From contig NW_003314283.1 of the NCBI RefSeq assembly GCF_000143415.4, forward strand, positions 1,985,312 through 2,049,311: 64,000 nucleotides of DNA. The letters are read 5' to 3'. A program made the translations under genes and the position numbers. The notes beneath the pieces were generated by a model. It was not told the DNA's origin. It was given only the letters and a program-made list of their open reading frames with translations, and did not search any database. The stretch is from Selaginella moellendorffii (taxonomy: Eukaryota; Plantae; Lycopodiophyta). Shown here piece after piece: positions 62,300-64,000 of the stretch (positions are counted from its first letter, which is position 1; each line of letters starts with the position of its first letter).

Positions 62300-62660
62300 C
62301 TCCTATGATTACAACTTATTTTGACGGTGCTTTCTACCCCACAAACCAGGTTGCTGGCATTGGAGTTTGGATGATTGATTATGCGGAGAACAAAGTAGCC
62401 GACCTCTCTATCACTTTGCCAACAACATCAGCTAATGAAGTGGAGTACTTGGCAGCTATCAATGCCATGAAGTTAGCCACAGATCTCATGTTTAGGCAAG
62501 TCACTTTCGTTGGAGATGCACAACTCATCATACACCAACTTACTGGAGAATACCAAGTCCGCAAAGAGAACCTGAAAGAGCTATGGCAGCGGGTAGTCAA
62601 CCTGCAAGATGAGTTCTCTTAAGTGACTTTTCAAAGTGTCCCTTTGAAGAAAACTTTTGG
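62300..62660 (+). pseudogene. Archaeal-type RNase HI domain (RVT_3-like) of family C
   Basis: YFDGA...AGIG...SANEVEY.A...GDAQLIIHQLTGEY. Confidence 0.85.
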
Positions 62661-62672
62661 GCAGACAGATTA

Positions 62673-63347
62673 TGTAGCACATGTGATCATGGGATGAGAT
62701 TTGGATATACTGTCACCGTGGATCTTTGAAACCTTCGGGGATAAATGGGGATAAAAAAGCCACTAAGGGCTCTCTCATCAAACAATTGCCCCTTTTCCAG
62801 TTGGCTTAAGGGGAGAGAGATAATGTATGCTACAGTTGGTATCAAAGCAAAATGGCACGGGTTTAATTCCCATTGATTGGTGGCTATTTAAAAATATAAT
62901 ATACCCTTGAGCAAGGTATATTCCAACCCCTAAATTTGAAATCGTACGTATTGGACATCCATGTGTATGTCCTTCCTCTTGTGTGGAGTATCCACGGACA
63001 AAGGTATCCACCATAGGACTGCGGTACGGGTGGATGATTAGTTGCCTCACATGGAATAACTAGTCTACACAATGGAAAGATTGGTAGATTAAGTGCAGAA
63101 ATGGAGGTGTTGGTTCCCTTTGGGTCAGTAGAGGTTGTTAGTCAATAGTCAATGAGGACATTGACATCTCTGAAGGGGGGGTGAGTGTAGCATATGTGAT
63201 CATGGAATGAGATTTAGATATACTGTCACCGTGGATTTTTGGAACCTTGGGGGATAAATAAGGATAAAATAGCCACTAAGGGCTCTCTCATCAAGCAATT
63301 GCCCCTGTTCCAGTTGGCTTAAGGGGAGATAAATAAGGTGCGCTATA
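62673..63347 (+). mobile_element. TRIM-like miniature LTR element
   Basis: 162-bp direct repeats at 62673-62834 and 63186-63347; PBS TGGTATCAAAGC 62837-62848; PPT GAAGGGGGGGTGAG 63172-63185; ~350-bp non-coding interior. Confidence 0.85.
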
Positions 63348-64000
63348 GTATCTGTAGAGAATGAGTTTCGGCGAGTACTATCCAATAAGATTGGGCAATT
63401 AATCTTGTTGCATACGCAGAGATGAAAACGATGATCCGAGTGGGTATACGTTTTGGTGCAAAGGCTTTGCAATTATTCCTTGGGTATGGATTTGGTCACC
63501 TTGTTGTACCATATTCTATGAGCTTGAGCTTGGGCTCACAAGAAGGATTGAGTTGTACCATTTTGCATGAGCTTGTGCTTGGGCTCGTGTGTGAGGCACA
63601 TTAGCAACTTAAGGTTACACTTTGACTTGGCAGGATTAATGTTAGCCTATCAATGGTTCCATGAGTTGTTCCAATGGTTCTGTGAGTTGTTCCATGTACC
63701 ATGGGTGAAAGTAAACCTTTCTTGGGTTTGCTATGAGTGGCAAATAGGCTAGTCTGTAGCTGTTTAGCACGGCACTAGTGGATCTTTCTTAAGCATAATT
63801 ATAAGTGGATCAATCAAGACTATAAAGATTAGTCTAATGGTTCATGTAGTCATTGCTATGCTCTCTCATAAACTTATCTTGGATTGGACTGAAGGTAGTG
63901 CAAACGAAAGCTTGAGGTTTAGTCAAAGATGAGACCGAAAAGAGAGTCATCAGGGACGAAGGATCAAACATGTAAATCATTTTCTTTTGGAGAGATGATT
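63348..64000 (+). mobile_element. Family E internal region, running off the right edge
   Basis: Reverse complement of ~1350-1990; the PBS is degraded. Confidence 0.8.

Larger units (their letters stand above)
35858..62670 (+). mobile_element. Outer family C LTR retrotransposon (hosts the DNA transposon and a copy of itself)
   Basis: 188-bp LTR 35858-36045, degenerate Trp PBS from 36048. The 5' region resumes at 49919; gag 50500-51530; protease ~51940; sequence resumes at 61808 and leads to RNase H. Confidence 0.8.

Noticed and set aside
1350-64000. Window-scale inverted repeat as the TIRs of a giant element
   Set aside because: Both arms are the internal region of one LTR family, each following an LTR and PBS; independent insertions explain it.

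Overview
Repeat-dense eukaryotic DNA from a land plant. A lycophyte such as Selaginella is my inference, from the CYP88/KAO-like exon and the ~50-nt introns. No intact host gene is present. Most of the window is nested, mostly decayed transposons: several Ty3/gypsy LTR families (two clean solo LTRs with TSDs, a chromovirus, and a tRNA-Trp-primed family nested inside itself), an L1-type LINE and a TRIM. There is also a KAO-like P450 pseudo-exon. The standout is a 13.2-kb DNA transposon (36731-49918) with 27-bp TIRs and a 4-bp TSD (TCCT). It carries a Sola-type DDD transposase gene on +. On - it carries a divergent 10-exon gene of ~1650 aa, with a ParB-like domain, a degenerate N4/N6-methyltransferase-like fold, an acidic linker and an FCP1-like HAD phosphatase domain. 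About 25 copies of a 22-bp palindrome (ATGGCRTGWGGCCWCAYGCCAT) are spread across this element, including in mini-introns and coding sequence, and I saw none outside it. This suggests a transposon-encoded self-recognition or anti-silencing system (hypothesis). Also notable are a degenerate hammerhead ribozyme motif upstream of LINE sequence and a GT-AG intron inside a chromovirus integrase. All domain calls are by-eye motif recognition; no searches were run.
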